In this document: positions 1 to 10,389 of the stretch, piece after piece
Layout: each line of letters begins with the position of its first letter
Numbering within the stretch: the first letter of the stretch is position 1
Assembly (NCBI GenBank): GCA_963664325.2
Contig: CAXXDQ010000009.1
Span: forward strand, 12,871-76,870
From: Desulfomonilia bacterium
GTDB lineage: Bacteria; Desulfobacterota; Desulfomonilia; UBA1062
DNA length: 64,000 bases
Direction: 5' to 3'
Made by a program: the position numbers and the translations under genes
Notes under the pieces: generated by a model
Told to the model about the DNA's origin: nothing
The model's input: the letters and a program-made list of their open reading frames with translations, nothing else
The model's database searches: none

Positions 1-338
1 TTAATCTCACTTTCGGGTTGTGAAAGGTTATCAAGCTCTTTAAAAAACTTTGCTTTATCCTCTTTGCCTTTATTATACTCCTGTTCGGTCAGATTGCTTT
101 CATCAATACCAGTAATGTCTGAAAGAGGTATTTCCCGGTTTTCACATATATGGAATGTATTATCGGTTATCCAGTAGCACCCTGTTTTTATATTTTCTCT
201 TGGTGTGCTAACAATATAATAACCATAAACCGGCAATGCATAAAGAGTTAAGAAAAAACCGGCAATGGCAAAACCTATTGCTATCTTAGGGTAATGCCAA
301 GTTCCTTCTGAAGTGTCTGTATTATCAAATCCTGCCAT
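1..338 (-). CDS. Hypothetical exported/membrane-anchored protein, partial (runs off window); overlaps pheT 3' end
   Basis: Manual translation from ATG at 338: MAGFDNTDTSEGTWHYPKIAIGFAIAGFFLTLYALPVYGYYIV..., open to position 1 with an N-terminal hydrophobic segment. Not in the ORF track because it has no stop in the window. Confidence 0.55.
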   Translation of the reverse strand, partial: MAGFDNTDTSEGTWHYPKIAIGFAIAGFFLTLYALPVYGYYIVSTPRENIKTGCYWITDNTFHICENREIPLSDITGIDESNLTEQEYNKGKEDKAKFFKELDNLSQPESEI

Positions 339-2632
339 TTGTTTATCTGTTTGTCGTCAAGTGTCTTTTCCCGCGACTGGTAAGTTACTCGTACTGTTAT
401 CCCCTTTTTCCCTGAAGGAAGTTTGTCTCCTGAATAGATGTCGATTGGTGTTATGTTTATCAGTTCATTGATATTAAGATCTTTTACAAGTTGTTCGATC
501 CTTCCGTATTCAATATTTTCATCCGAAACAAGCGAGAGGTCCCGCCATGTGGCCGGAAATTTTGGAACAGTTTTCATACCAGCCCATTCTTCATAGGATA
601 AGGCTGCATACTCGACTTCAAGAACATATATATCCTCGTTAACATCCAATGCCTGCAATATCTCATCAGATACTGCCCCCAGGCACCCTGCCAAATCTCC
701 ACCTGACAGAACATCTGCCTGCATTCCCGGTTTGAAAAAAGCATGGTTTGATTGCCTGAGAACGACACCGGGGATCAATGCCTCGGCAAAACCCTTGAGG
801 TCATAGAAATCTACATTCGACTTCTGTTCAGAGAAATGCTGGTCCCTTCGGCTTCCTGATATGGCAATTCCGATCATCTCTTTTTCCTGGGGAAGCTTCT
901 GGCCGGCCTTCGGGAAAAAGCATCTGCCTGTCTCGAACAAACTTATGTTCTTGTTCTGCAGATTTTTATTCCTTGCTGCAACACCAATAAGCCCCGGTAT
1001 GAGTGATGAACGCATTAAACTCATATCCTCGGATAAAGGATTTTTCAACTGCAGCATGCCTTCTCCGAACCACTTCTTCCACATCGGCGCTATGAATGAA
1101 TAGGTTATGATCTCGTTTAATCCCATGGATGCAAGCCTGATTTTTAAGGATCTGGCCTTGTCTTCACTATAAGCACCACCATCAGGCCTGTATAAAGGCA
1201 GTTCAGGCCTTACCCTGTCCATTCCGTATATCCTTATGAATTCCTCAACGAGGTCAATCTCGTACTCAAGGTCATGCCTTAAGGCAGGAACGGTTATTCC
1301 CCATTCGCCGTTAGAACCTTCAATTTTACAGCCAAGCCTTATAAATATCTCTTCAACTTCACTATTTGAAAAATCCGATATGCCAAGGACTTTCTCCAGA
1401 TACATTCTTCTCAGCAGTATGATCCTGCCTGAAAGAGTCGAATAATTCTTATCGATTATGCCTTTTGCTACTTTTCCATCTCCAAGCTCCTGCATGAGCC
1501 AAGCTGCCCGGTCCGCCGCGACAGCTTGAATTTCCGGATCAATCCCTCTTTCAAACCTGTAGGATGCCTCAGTTGAAAGCCCTGATTTTCTGGAAGTACT
1601 CCTTATGCCCAGGGGATTGAAAAATGCGCTCTCCAGCGTTACATCAGTCGTATCATCTTTTACTTCTGAATTTTCACCGCCCATGACCCCTGCCAATGCG
1701 ACAGGCTTTGACTTATCGCAGATAAGCAGATCCGCTTCTGTGAGTTTCCTCTCTACCGAATCCAGTGTGGTGAATCTTTCCCCGGGCTGCGCCCTCCTTA
1801 CAACAATGCCTTTGCCTTCAAGAAACCGGTGGTCAAAAGCATGCAGGGGTTGGCCGTATTCAAGCATCACCAGGTTCGTAATATCTACTATATTGTTGAT
1901 CGCACGCACACCGGACTGGAACAGCCTGCGCCTCATCCAGAAAGGACTTTTCCTGATCTTGATGTTTTTTATATGTCTTGCGCAGTATCTGGGACAACCA
2001 TCTTTCGAGATTATTTCTACGCTCAGATAACTTTCAACCGGCTCTGCATCTTCATTGATTTTAAAGACAGGAAGCCGGAGTTCCTTTTTAAATATCGCTG
2101 AAAGTTCCCTGGCTATGCCCAGCACTGACAGACAGTCGCCCCTGTTCGGCGTCACATTTATTTCAAACAGCCAATCTTCCAGGTTGTTGCTTTCTAAAAG
2201 GCTTACTCCCGGTTTAAGGTCGTCATCAAGTTCCATTATACCTGTGTGGTCATCCGTAAGTCCGAGCTCTTTTTCCGAAAGTAATATCCCGAAAGATTCC
2301 TCGCCTCTTATTTTCGCCTTTTTAACCTTGAAGTCTCCGATTGTTGCCCCTTCAGGCGCATATGCACTTACAAGACCTGCCCTCACATTGGGGGCCCCGC
2401 ATACGACTTTTATCGGATCATCCGATCCCGCATCAACCATACATATACTCAGTTTATCTGCATTGGGATGAGGCAGTACTTCAATTATCTTTGCGCTGAT
2501 TATCTCCCCGGGAATGGTTGAATGTTCCAGGCCCTCCACTTCGATACCGCTCATTGTAAGCGACGATGCCACATCAGCAGCCGATGCTTCAATATCAATG
2601 AACTCTCTTATCCAGTTATAACTTATCTTCAT
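281..2632 (-). CDS. pheT: Phenylalanyl-tRNA synthetase beta subunit
   Basis: MKISYNWIREF start, HPNADKL/VVCGAPN tRNA-binding OB domain, TPNRGDCLS, RFERG, C-terminal FDX-ACB (RDLSLV); follows pheS. Confidence 0.99.
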   Translation of the reverse strand: MKISYNWIREFIDIEASAADVASSLTMSGIEVEGLEHSTIPGEIISAKIIEVLPHPNADKLSICMVDAGSDDPIKVVCGAPNVRAGLVSAYAPEGATIGDFKVKKAKIRGEESFGILLSEKELGLTDDHTGIMELDDDLKPGVSLLESNNLEDWLFEINVTPNRGDCLSVLGIARELSAIFKKELRLPVFKINEDAEPVESYLSVEIISKDGCPRYCARHIKNIKIRKSPFWMRRRLFQSGVRAINNIVDITNLVMLEYGQPLHAFDHRFLEGKGIVVRRAQPGERFTTLDSVERKLTEADLLICDKSKPVALAGVMGGENSEVKDDTTDVTLESAFFNPLGIRSTSRKSGLSTEASYRFERGIDPEIQAVAADRAAWLMQELGDGKVAKGIIDKNYSTLSGRIILLRRMYLEKVLGISDFSNSEVEEIFIRLGCKIEGSNGEWGITVPALRHDLEYEIDLVEEFIRIYGMDRVRPELPLYRPDGGAYSEDKARSLKIRLASMGLNEIITYSFIAPMWKKWFGEGMLQLKNPLSEDMSLMRSSLIPGLIGVAARNKNLQNKNISLFETGRCFFPKAGQKLPQEKEMIGIAISGSRRDQHFSEQKSNVDFYDLKGFAEALIPGVVLRQSNHAFFKPGMQADVLSGGDLAGCLGAVSDEILQALDVNEDIYVLEVEYAALSYEEWAGMKTVPKFPATWRDLSLVSDENIEYGRIEQLVKDLNINELINITPIDIYSGDKLPSGKKGITVRVTYQSREKTLDDKQINKWQDLIIQTLQKELGITLR

Positions 2633-2636
2633 TTTA

Positions 2637-3644
2637 TCATTTCAGGGGAAACTGTGTTAAAAACCTCATGTCATTCTCATAAAATGCCCGTATGTCGTCA
2701 ATTCCATAAACCAGCATCGCCACCCTTTCCACTCCGATTCCAAAAGCAAGTCCAGTCACCTTCTCGGGATCGATTCCGACATAGCTGTAAACATGGGGAT
2801 TTACCATCCCGCAACCAAGAATCTCAATCCATCCGGAATTCTTGCATACCCTGCAGCCTTTTCCTCCGCATATTATACAGCCCATATCCACTTCAGCCGA
2901 TGGTTCGGTGAACGGGAAAAAGCTCGGTCTGAATCTAAGCGGAAGTTCCTTGCCGAACATTTCATGAATGAATGAATACAGTACACCTTTAAGATGGGCC
3001 AGTGTGATGCCTTCTTCCACCCAGAGCCCTTCAACCTGATGAAACATCGGTGAATGAGAGACATCGGAGTCGCACCTGTATACCTTGCCCGGTGCAATAA
3101 TTCTGACAGGCAACGGCTTTGTCTCCATTACCCTTATCTGAACAGAAGAAGTTTGCGTTCTCAAGAGAACATCGTCTGAAAAATAGAAAGTATCCTGCAT
3201 ATCGCGTGCAGGATGATGGGCAGGGATATTCAGTGCTTCGAAATTGTGGTAGTCGTCCTCAACCTCAGGCCCGTCCGCAATTGTAAATCCCAGTCCCAGA
3301 AATATATTTTCTATATCGGATTTTACCTTGTTGATTATATGAATGGTACCCTGTCTCGGCCTGCGGCCCGGAAGCGTTATATCGATACCCTGAACCTTAA
3401 CAGATTCCGACCCCTTGATTTTTGAGGCAATAGCCTCTTCCATTAAGATTTTCAGCTTGTTTGAAAGTGCACCTATCCGCGGTTTTTCATCTGCCGAAAG
3501 GCCTGCCATCTGCCTTAGTATGGATGTAAGCTCTCCCTTTCTCCCCAGATATTTTATCCTTAAATCTTCAAGCTCTTGGGAAGTTCTGGCAAGCGCGAGT
3601 TCTTTGTCAAAGGCCTCTCGCAGTTCTTCGAGCTTTTGTTCCAT
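2637..3644 (-). CDS. pheS: Phenylalanyl-tRNA synthetase alpha subunit
   Basis: HHPARDMQDTFY, FHQVEG, RFRPSFFPFTEPS, GWIEILGCGMV motifs. Confidence 0.99.
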   Translation of the reverse strand: MEQKLEELREAFDKELALARTSQELEDLRIKYLGRKGELTSILRQMAGLSADEKPRIGALSNKLKILMEEAIASKIKGSESVKVQGIDITLPGRRPRQGTIHIINKVKSDIENIFLGLGFTIADGPEVEDDYHNFEALNIPAHHPARDMQDTFYFSDDVLLRTQTSSVQIRVMETKPLPVRIIAPGKVYRCDSDVSHSPMFHQVEGLWVEEGITLAHLKGVLYSFIHEMFGKELPLRFRPSFFPFTEPSAEVDMGCIICGGKGCRVCKNSGWIEILGCGMVNPHVYSYVGIDPEKVTGLAFGIGVERVAMLVYGIDDIRAFYENDMRFLTQFPLK

Positions 3645-3992
3645 TTATGCAGCTGCTACAGTATTTACTATATATGAAAAACCCTTTGGATCGGTTACTG
3701 CTATATCTGAAAGAACCTTGCGGTCAAGCTCAACACCCGCCGAGTCAAGGGCAGCTATAAATCTGGAATAATTTTTACCTTCCATCCTCACTGCAGCATT
3801 AATACGGGCAATCCAAAGTCTTCTGAACTCGCGTTTCTTCTGGCGCCTGTCCCTGTATGAATAAGACATTGCCTTGTACAGCGTTTCCTTCGTTGCGCGC
3901 ATCAGCTTCCTTCTGCCTCCGACAAATCCTTTGGCAGCTTTGCGGAGGGCCCGCTTTTTCCTGTTGCCTACTATTCCGCGTTTTACTCGCAT
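3645..3992 (-). CDS. rplT: 50S ribosomal protein L20
   Basis: MRVKRG...[21 protein letters not shown]...[10 protein letters not shown]. Confidence 0.99.
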   Translation of the reverse strand: MRVKRGIVGNRKKRALRKAAKGFVGGRRKLMRATKETLYKAMSYSYRDRRQKKREFRRLWIARINAAVRMEGKNYSRFIAALDSAGVELDRKVLSDIAVTDPKGFSYIVNTVAAA

Positions 3993-4004
3993 TTTATATA
4001 CCCC

Positions 4005-4199
4005 TTACAAATATGGAAGAATCCTTTTCAGACCGGTCATATTGGCCGAATCAACAATGGCAGATTTTCCGAGATGACGTTTCTGTTTCCTGTTTTTTGA
4101 CGAGAGTAGATGCCTGTGGAATGCCTTCCCTCTCTTCAGTTTACCGCCACCCGTTGCACTGAACCGCTTCGCTGCGCTTCTGTTCGTTTTGATCTTCAT
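4005..4199 (-). CDS. rpmI: 50S ribosomal protein L35
   Basis: MKIKTNRSAAKRFSATGGGK; lies between infC and rplT. Confidence 0.99.
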   Translation of the reverse strand: MKIKTNRSAAKRFSATGGGKLKRGKAFHRHLLSSKNRKQKRHLGKSAIVDSANMTGLKRILPYL

Positions 4200-4219
4200 T
4201 TTAAAACTCCTTAAGAAAA

Positions 4220-4741
4220 CTATTTCGGGACCACCATCATTACCATGATCCTGCCTTCCAGCATGGGTTCGTTTGCCGGCGAACCAAGGTCCGCCACCTC
4301 TTCTTTTACCCTTGCCAGAATAGCCAAACCTTTATCTTTATGTATTATTTCTCTGCCTCTGAAAAATATAACCACTTTTACTTTGTTCTTGGCTTCGAGA
4401 AATTTTCTTATATGCCTTAATTTGAACTGGTAATCGTGCTCATCCGTCTTCGGTCTGAATTTGATCTCTTTGAGAACAACCGAAGTCTGCTTCTTTTTCG
4501 CAATATGCTGCCTTTTTGTCTGTTCATATTTATACTTGCCGTAATCCATTATGCGGCAGACAGGCGGTACTGCTTTCGGCGAAACCTCAACGAGATCCAA
4601 ATCATGATCATGAGCCCTGTCCAGTGCAATAGGCACTGTCATGATTCCCAGCTGTTCACCATCCGGTGCTATTACTCTTACACTGTCGGCCACTATCTTC
4701 TCGTTAATTCTTATTGTTTCTTTATCATTATCCTTACTTAT
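4220..4741 (-). CDS. infC: Translation initiation factor IF-3, probable non-canonical ATA start
   Basis: LDLVEVSP..PPVCRIMDYGKYKY, KEIKFRP motifs. The frame extends 16 codons upstream of the track's GTG (4693) to ATA at 4741, adding the conserved RINEKI, with GGGAGG 5 nt upstream. Confidence 0.95.
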   Translation of the reverse strand: MSKDNDKETIRINEKIVADSVRVIAPDGEQLGIMTVPIALDRAHDHDLDLVEVSPKAVPPVCRIMDYGKYKYEQTKRQHIAKKKQTSVVLKEIKFRPKTDEHDYQFKLRHIRKFLEAKNKVKVVIFFRGREIIHKDKGLAILARVKEEVADLGSPANEPMLEGRIMVMMVVPK

Positions 4742-4805
4742 ACCAGCCTCCCTAAATAAAAAGATGCGATTATGTACCCTAGTGCTTACATGTTGTCAAT
4801 ACGTA

Positions 4806-6680
4806 TCAGGCCAGCGGATTGGCATTTTTTACCATTTTTATGAATTCGTCGACCGTAGACGGATTCTGCTGGCCCGAACGGTCTCTAATCATGACAATAT
4901 TTTCCGATTTTTCCTTATCGCCGATTACAAGCATGAAGGGAACCTGTGCCAGCCTGGCTTCTCTTATCTTGAAGCCGATCTTTTCATTACGGTCATCAAA
5001 TTCCACCCTGATATCGGCATCCCTGAGCTTAGCTACAACTTCCCCGGCGTAGTCTGCCTGGGAATCGGTAATGTTCATTACAACCGCCTGGACAGGAGCG
5101 ATCCATACAGGGAAGGCCCCGGCATAATGCTCGATCAGAACGCCTATGAACCTTTCCATCGAGCCGAATACGACCCTGTGAAGCATGACCGGCCTGTGCT
5201 TGCCGCCATCGGCCCCGATATAATGGATGTCGAATTTCTGAGGCAAGGCGAAGTCGCACTGAATAGTGGCACACTGCCATTTCCTGCCTATGGCGTCCTT
5301 TATCTTTATATCGATCTTGGGTCCATAGAATGCGCCGTCGCCTTCATTGATATCATAAGGCAGACCCTTTTTATCAAGAGATTCAATCAGTGCCTCTGTT
5401 GCAAGCTTCCAGTCTTCGTCGGAACCGATTGATTTATCGGGTCTCGTACTGACTTCCACCTCATATTCGAATCCGAATATGGCCATGACCTTGTCAACCA
5501 GATTTATAACCGAAGTTACTTCTTCAACTATCTGATCAGGCCTGCAGAAAATATGGGCGTCGTCCTGCGTGAACTGCCTGACCCTCAATAAACCATGCAG
5601 CACACCGGACTTCTCATGCCTTATAACGGAACCGAGTTCAAAGTACCTTAGAGGCAGGTCGCGGTAGCTCCTGACCTTCGATTTATATATCTGTATGTGG
5701 GACAGGCAGTTCATGGGCTTGATTCCATAAAGCTGACTGTCCACTTCCGAGAAATACATATTCTCCTTGTAGTTGTCCATATGGCCTGAAATTTCCCAGA
5801 GTTTTCCCCTCAGAAGGCTTGGACCATAGACGATATCATATCCGTTTTTCAGGTGAAGCCTCTTTTCAAACTCTTCCAGGATGCTCCTCAATATCCCGCC
5901 TTTGGGCATGAATACGACCATGCCCGGACCTATATCGTCGCTTATCATGAAGAGTTCAAGCTCCCTGCCCAGTCTCCTGTGGTCGCGCTTTTTAGCCTCT
6001 TCAATAAAATTAAGATAATCTTTGAGCGCATCCTTCGAAGCAAACGCCGTCCCGTATATGCGCTGGAGCATTTTGTTTTTCTCGTCGCCGCGCCAGTATG
6101 CGCCTGCTACGGAAAGGAGCTTGAACGCCTTGACATATCCGGTCGAAGGCACATGCGGACCGCGACACAGGTCGACAAAAGAGCCCTGCTCATATGTGGA
6201 GACTTCAGGATCGGTTATGTCATTCAGTATTTCAACTTTGTACGGCTCACCGTTCTCCTTAAAAAAGTCTATTGCATCTTTTTTTAAAAGAACCTTCCTG
6301 ATAAATGGCTGATCGGCCTTGACAAGTTCTGCCATTTTGCTTTCGATCTTTGCAAGATCCTCAACCGAGAACGGCGTATCTCTGTCAAAGTCATAGTAAA
6401 ATCCGTCTTCGGTAGACGGTCCTATAGTAGGCCTTGCGTCAGGAAACAGCGCCTTCACGGCCTCTGCCATAATATGAGCACAGGAATGTCTGATGATATT
6501 AAGACCCTCTTTCGAATCACCCTTTATTGTCTCAACCGTCTCTGTGCCTGTGAGCTCTGTCGAAAGGTCAACTGCTGTGCCGCCGATCTTTGCAGCAACA
6601 ACGTCACGTCCCTTTACTAAATCCCTTATGGTCTTCCCATAAGGAACAGCCCTGCCGTCAAGCATCATGGTTTCAGACAT
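4806..6680 (-). CDS. thrS: Threonyl-tRNA synthetase
   Basis: [44 protein letters not shown] motifs. Confidence 0.99.
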   Translation of the reverse strand: MSETMMLDGRAVPYGKTIRDLVKGRDVVAAKIGGTAVDLSTELTGTETVETIKGDSKEGLNIIRHSCAHIMAEAVKALFPDARPTIGPSTEDGFYYDFDRDTPFSVEDLAKIESKMAELVKADQPFIRKVLLKKDAIDFFKENGEPYKVEILNDITDPEVSTYEQGSFVDLCRGPHVPSTGYVKAFKLLSVAGAYWRGDEKNKMLQRIYGTAFASKDALKDYLNFIEEAKKRDHRRLGRELELFMISDDIGPGMVVFMPKGGILRSILEEFEKRLHLKNGYDIVYGPSLLRGKLWEISGHMDNYKENMYFSEVDSQLYGIKPMNCLSHIQIYKSKVRSYRDLPLRYFELGSVIRHEKSGVLHGLLRVRQFTQDDAHIFCRPDQIVEEVTSVINLVDKVMAIFGFEYEVEVSTRPDKSIGSDEDWKLATEALIESLDKKGLPYDINEGDGAFYGPKIDIKIKDAIGRKWQCATIQCDFALPQKFDIHYIGADGGKHRPVMLHRVVFGSMERFIGVLIEHYAGAFPVWIAPVQAVVMNITDSQADYAGEVVAKLRDADIRVEFDDRNEKIGFKIREARLAQVPFMLVIGDKEKSENIVMIRDRSGQQNPSTVDEFIKMVKNANPLA

Positions 6681-6927
6681 ACGGTCTCCATAAATGAATT
6701 ATTGTTGGGTATATTTAAGCTGATATAATAAAATACACCTGCAAACCCGCATATATAATAAAAAATATTCATTGTAAACTCACGATTTGCCGTACAACTA
6801 GCAGGTTTATGTTAAAGTTTTTTCTTAAGGTTCAGCTTTCAATATCTGCATGAATATTGTAGTATGAACGCAAGCTTGGCTTTCCCGAAATCATTTTTGA
6901 ATTAGATTTTTCAGATGGGGGTGGGGC

Positions 6928-8394
6928 ATGAACACAACAATGTATCGCACCATGATCAGACCGGCTCTTATAATCTTTTTTCTGTTAATCCCTTTTTCAG
7001 CCAATTCCGCCGACGGATTGTACACCGCAAAGGCAAAAGATGGCGTTGTCCTCAAGCTTAAAAGATACAGACCCGATGAAAACGCCCCTTTCAGGACGGA
7101 CGGGCAGCCGGTTATCCTCTTTAACGGCATATTTGCGAACATGAATGAATTCCTAACCCACACGCCGAAAGAGCGGGAGAATGATTACAGGGATATGGAA
7201 CTCCCAAGCCCTCTTGCCAAATGGGCTCAGGGCGATAAGTATATTGAACGGGACCCCATGCTCTATTACAGCATGGCCCATTATTTCTGGCTGAAAGGTT
7301 ATGACCCCTGGCTTACAAACTACAGGGGAACAGGCCGCGGTGATTTTAAAAGCGGGAAAGGCAGCAATTTGACCACGCTCGACATCTGGGGAGTCCTCGA
7401 CAGTGATGCATGCATAGACAAAGTTATAGAGATAACCGGTAAAACCCCCGTCATAGGAGGTCACAGCACGGGCGGTTTCGCCTGTTATGCATATCTTCAG
7501 GGAACATCTTTTGATATTGGAGAATTAAAGAAAGGCTATGCCGGCGGCTACCTGCCGCACCTGAAATCGGATCCTCTTCTTGCTGCGGAGCGCAATGCAA
7601 AGATCAAAGGCTATATTGCAATCGACCCTGGACTCACTCCCTGGGTACCGGATGTCATTGACAACCCTGCAATATGGAAGCTCCTAAACAATCCACTTTA
7701 CCTTGATGTCGATTCTCTCATGGATAATGCTGTCAATCCACTTTTAAAAAACAGCGGAGTAACGATAGCCACATTGGACCTCATTTTCGGAACCATAAAC
7801 AAACTTGACAAGCTTTACGGCGGGAGCCTCAACCTGATCCCATATCTCGATTTCTGGTACATGGATAATACCCATCCCTATGTAGCGGATTTTTACGGGC
7901 GCTATGCCTTTGCAAGCACCTACATGAGAAGTCTTGGTCAATGGGGTGATCTGGGGCTGCACAGAGCGATAAGGGAACACTGGAAAAACGGGGAGGAGAA
8001 TAAAGATGTCCTTGCCGGACCTGTACCCGACAGGGGTAATGACGGATATTATTATTACGACAGTAACATGTACCTTCTGAGCGTTCCGACCATAGCGGTT
8101 CTGTCGGAATCCAATGCCCTTGTCATTGCCGATGATGTCGTCGAACTCCTCATGAATGCAAAGACCCCAAATCTATATGACGAATGGCATCTAATCCCTG
8201 ATTCGGCGCATGTCGACGTGCCCTGTGGGCTGAACGCACCTGATATTACATTTCCTTATATCGGGGAATGGCTTGATAAAATATGCGCCGAGCCTGAACC
8301 CGAAGGAGAGCAGACAGCAGAAACTGAATCCGCCGATGCCGATTCGGATTCGCCGGAAAGCAGCACCATATGTTTTATTACGGCAAGCCTATGA
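6928..8394 (+). CDS. Secreted alpha/beta-hydrolase (lipase/esterase-like) with acidic linker and C-terminal CFI motif
   Basis: Signal peptide (..FSANSA), nucleophile elbow GHSTGG, late His (AHVD); ends EPEPEGEQ...SSTICFITASL. Confidence 0.75.
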   Translation: MNTTMYRTMIRPALIIFFLLIPFSANSADGLYTAKAKDGVVLKLKRYRPDENAPFRTDGQPVILFNGIFANMNEFLTHTPKERENDYRDMELPSPLAKWAQGDKYIERDPMLYYSMAHYFWLKGYDPWLTNYRGTGRGDFKSGKGSNLTTLDIWGVLDSDACIDKVIEITGKTPVIGGHSTGGFACYAYLQGTSFDIGELKKGYAGGYLPHLKSDPLLAAERNAKIKGYIAIDPGLTPWVPDVIDNPAIWKLLNNPLYLDVDSLMDNAVNPLLKNSGVTIATLDLIFGTINKLDKLYGGSLNLIPYLDFWYMDNTHPYVADFYGRYAFASTYMRSLGQWGDLGLHRAIREHWKNGEENKDVLAGPVPDRGNDGYYYYDSNMYLLSVPTIAVLSESNALVIADDVVELLMNAKTPNLYDEWHLIPDSAHVDVPCGLNAPDITFPYIGEWLDKICAEPEPEGEQTAETESADADSDSPESSTICFITASL

Positions 8395-9249
8395 CAGCTT
8401 AAGCGCCTCAATCCTTTTTTCAAGAGCAGGGTGGGTTGCGAAAAGTTCGATGAATGAGCCCTTGCCGGCTATCATAAGCGTATTAAGCGACGGCGCCCTT
8501 TTATCAATAGGCTGATAGACCGCCTGCAGCTTCTCAAGGGCGGCTATCATTTTATCCTTTCCCACAAGGTTTGCCGAACCCTTATCGGCGCGATATTCTC
8601 TGGTCCTTGAAAAGCCGGCCACTACTATCGAGCCGAGAATGCTGAATATGATGTCAAGAGCTATGGTAAGAACAAACCTCACCACATATGTCATCTCCTC
8701 CCTTACCCCCAGGCTTACGAAATAGCTGATTACCCGTGAGAGGAACATGGCGAACGAGTTCACGATTCCTGCAATGAGCGTCATTGTAATCATGTCGCCG
8801 TTTGCAATGTGGCTTATCTCATGGGCCAGCACCCCCTCGATCTCAGCGCTGTTCATATTATTCAGAAGGCCAGTCGAAACAGCCACCAGGCTTCTTTTCT
8901 TTGTAGGGCCTGTTGCAAATGCATTCATCTCAGGGGAATTGTAAATTCCCACCTCAGGCATGGGCAGATTGGCCTGCATGCATAGCCTGCTTATAAGCGC
9001 AATCATGGGATGCCCTGAATTCGGGTCGATAATTTTAACGCCATAGGCGTGCTTTGCAATGAACTTCGACATTGCAAGCGAAATGAATGCACCCGCCATA
9101 CCCCATATCAGGCAGAAGACGGCAAGGGCCTGCCAGTTGAGTCCGTATCTGGTAAGGTAGGGATTTATTCCGAGGATGTTTATGATTATCGAGATGGTTA
9201 CCATCACCAGGATATTCGTCAGGATGAAAAGCATTATTCTCTTGAACAT
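8389..9249 (-). CDS. htpX: Membrane zinc protease HtpX (M48)
   Basis: NAFATG, HEISH zinc motif, GDMITMTL, FSRTREYRAD, THPALEKRI. Confidence 0.95.
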   Translation of the reverse strand: MFKRIMLFILTNILVMVTISIIINILGINPYLTRYGLNWQALAVFCLIWGMAGAFISLAMSKFIAKHAYGVKIIDPNSGHPMIALISRLCMQANLPMPEVGIYNSPEMNAFATGPTKKRSLVAVSTGLLNNMNSAEIEGVLAHEISHIANGDMITMTLIAGIVNSFAMFLSRVISYFVSLGVREEMTYVVRFVLTIALDIIFSILGSIVVAGFSRTREYRADKGSANLVGKDKMIAALEKLQAVYQPIDKRAPSLNTLMIAGKGSFIELFATHPALEKRIEALKLS

Positions 9250-9321
9250 GAGTCTCCTCCCGGTTTGTATATTTTGTGTTTATCGTTAAAATACAGGACA
9301 CGAATAAGCCGGAGCAATTAT

Positions 9322-9338
9322 TTTTACAATTTGTAAAA
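9322..9338. promoter_or_regulatory. Perfect palindrome TTTTACAA-T-TTGTAAAA upstream of htpX, possible operator
   Basis: 8-bp inverted repeat about 70 bp upstream of the htpX start; regulator unknown. Confidence 0.35.
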
Positions 9339-9420
9339 TATCTGTTTGAAATATCTTGATCATGAATACAAGCAGAAGGCGGCCGGATTATCAATGTATA
9401 ACCAGTCTTGATTAAAGAAC

Positions 9421-9744
9421 TTATTGCCGGAAATAAAATGGTAGGCGTATATGGATTATCCCCATTGTCACTAAGAATATCAACCCGATAAAAAGCGTGT
9501 ATCCGGAAGCAAACACTTTTACACAAGCCGTGGCAAGAGAATTGGCAGGCTCCTTTCTCCCCAGAATCATAACCGCTTTTAAAATGGAATCGACCAAATC
9601 AAATCCAGCTATCCAATGATAGCCTGAGATGCCAATGAATAAAGTGACTGCGATCAAGGTGCCTCCCATCAAAACAGACGTGGCCATCCTTTTGACAAAA
9701 ACTGATGTAGGAGCAAGTTTTTCATGTTTATGTTCAAATATCAT
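9421..9744 (-). pseudogene. Small two/three-TM protein (ion-channel pore-like family), degenerate and C-terminally truncated at the att duplicate
   Basis: MIFEHKHEKLAP..FVKRM..IGISGYHW...DSILKAVMILG resembles the 'GYH..DA.LNA.MIL.GMGP' small membrane family, but GMGP reads RKEP. The tail IHIRLP is encoded by the tRNA-like att sequence at 9439-9457. Confidence 0.5.
9439..9457 (-). repeat. Degenerate copy of the tRNA-Val 3' end (att-like site)
   Basis: TGGTAGGCGTATATGGATT vs TGGTAGGCGCGTAGGGATT at 13544-13562: 16/19 identical, same orientation. Confidence 0.65.
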
Positions 9745-10389
9745 AGCCTCAAAACATGTTGCATAATGTATGATATTTAACCTTTGTCCCGCCAAATATT
9801 GCAGGATGTGAGTCAGGAAGCAAGCAGGGCTTCAGATGTCAGATATTTCTCAAAAATTACTAAGATTTATACTTCCAACTATAATTCTTCATCTATGGCC
9901 TGACCCCTTAAACATACAGAAGACAGCGAGCAGAGCTAAGATTATTATTTAATTTTACTGCCACCTGAGTTACAATCAAATCAATCAGCATTTCCAAAGT
10001 ATGTCTTCAGGTATTTCGTAGCCATAAATCAGGATAACTCTGATTGTGAACGCCTCCAAAAGTTTATATCAATAGGCTTAAAATTTACATAGAGTATCTG
10101 ATCCTGAAGTATGATCGTATCCAAAACAGCAAAATATATTTAACAGCAATTGGGATTCGGATAGAAACCGAAGTAGAGATGGAGAAATGAAAGCTGTAAC
10201 AGAAAGCATTTATATAGGGTTGGTGGGTTGGGACACGACACAATCTCAAGGAATATTTTTCGCTTCAGGGAGTATATCTCGTGGTGGGTAGTGACCTTTT
10301 TCAAGGGATGATATTCTTTGTAAGCAAAAAGAACACATCAGACATCACCGTCTGCATGACGACAAAAACCAAAGAGAGGAGAGAAAACA

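Noticed and set aside
10249-10264. sigma54 promoter before the 10390 lipoprotein (AGGAATATTTTTCGCT)
   Set aside because: GG-N10-GC spacing fits, but the flanks deviate and no IHF or UAS partner was found.
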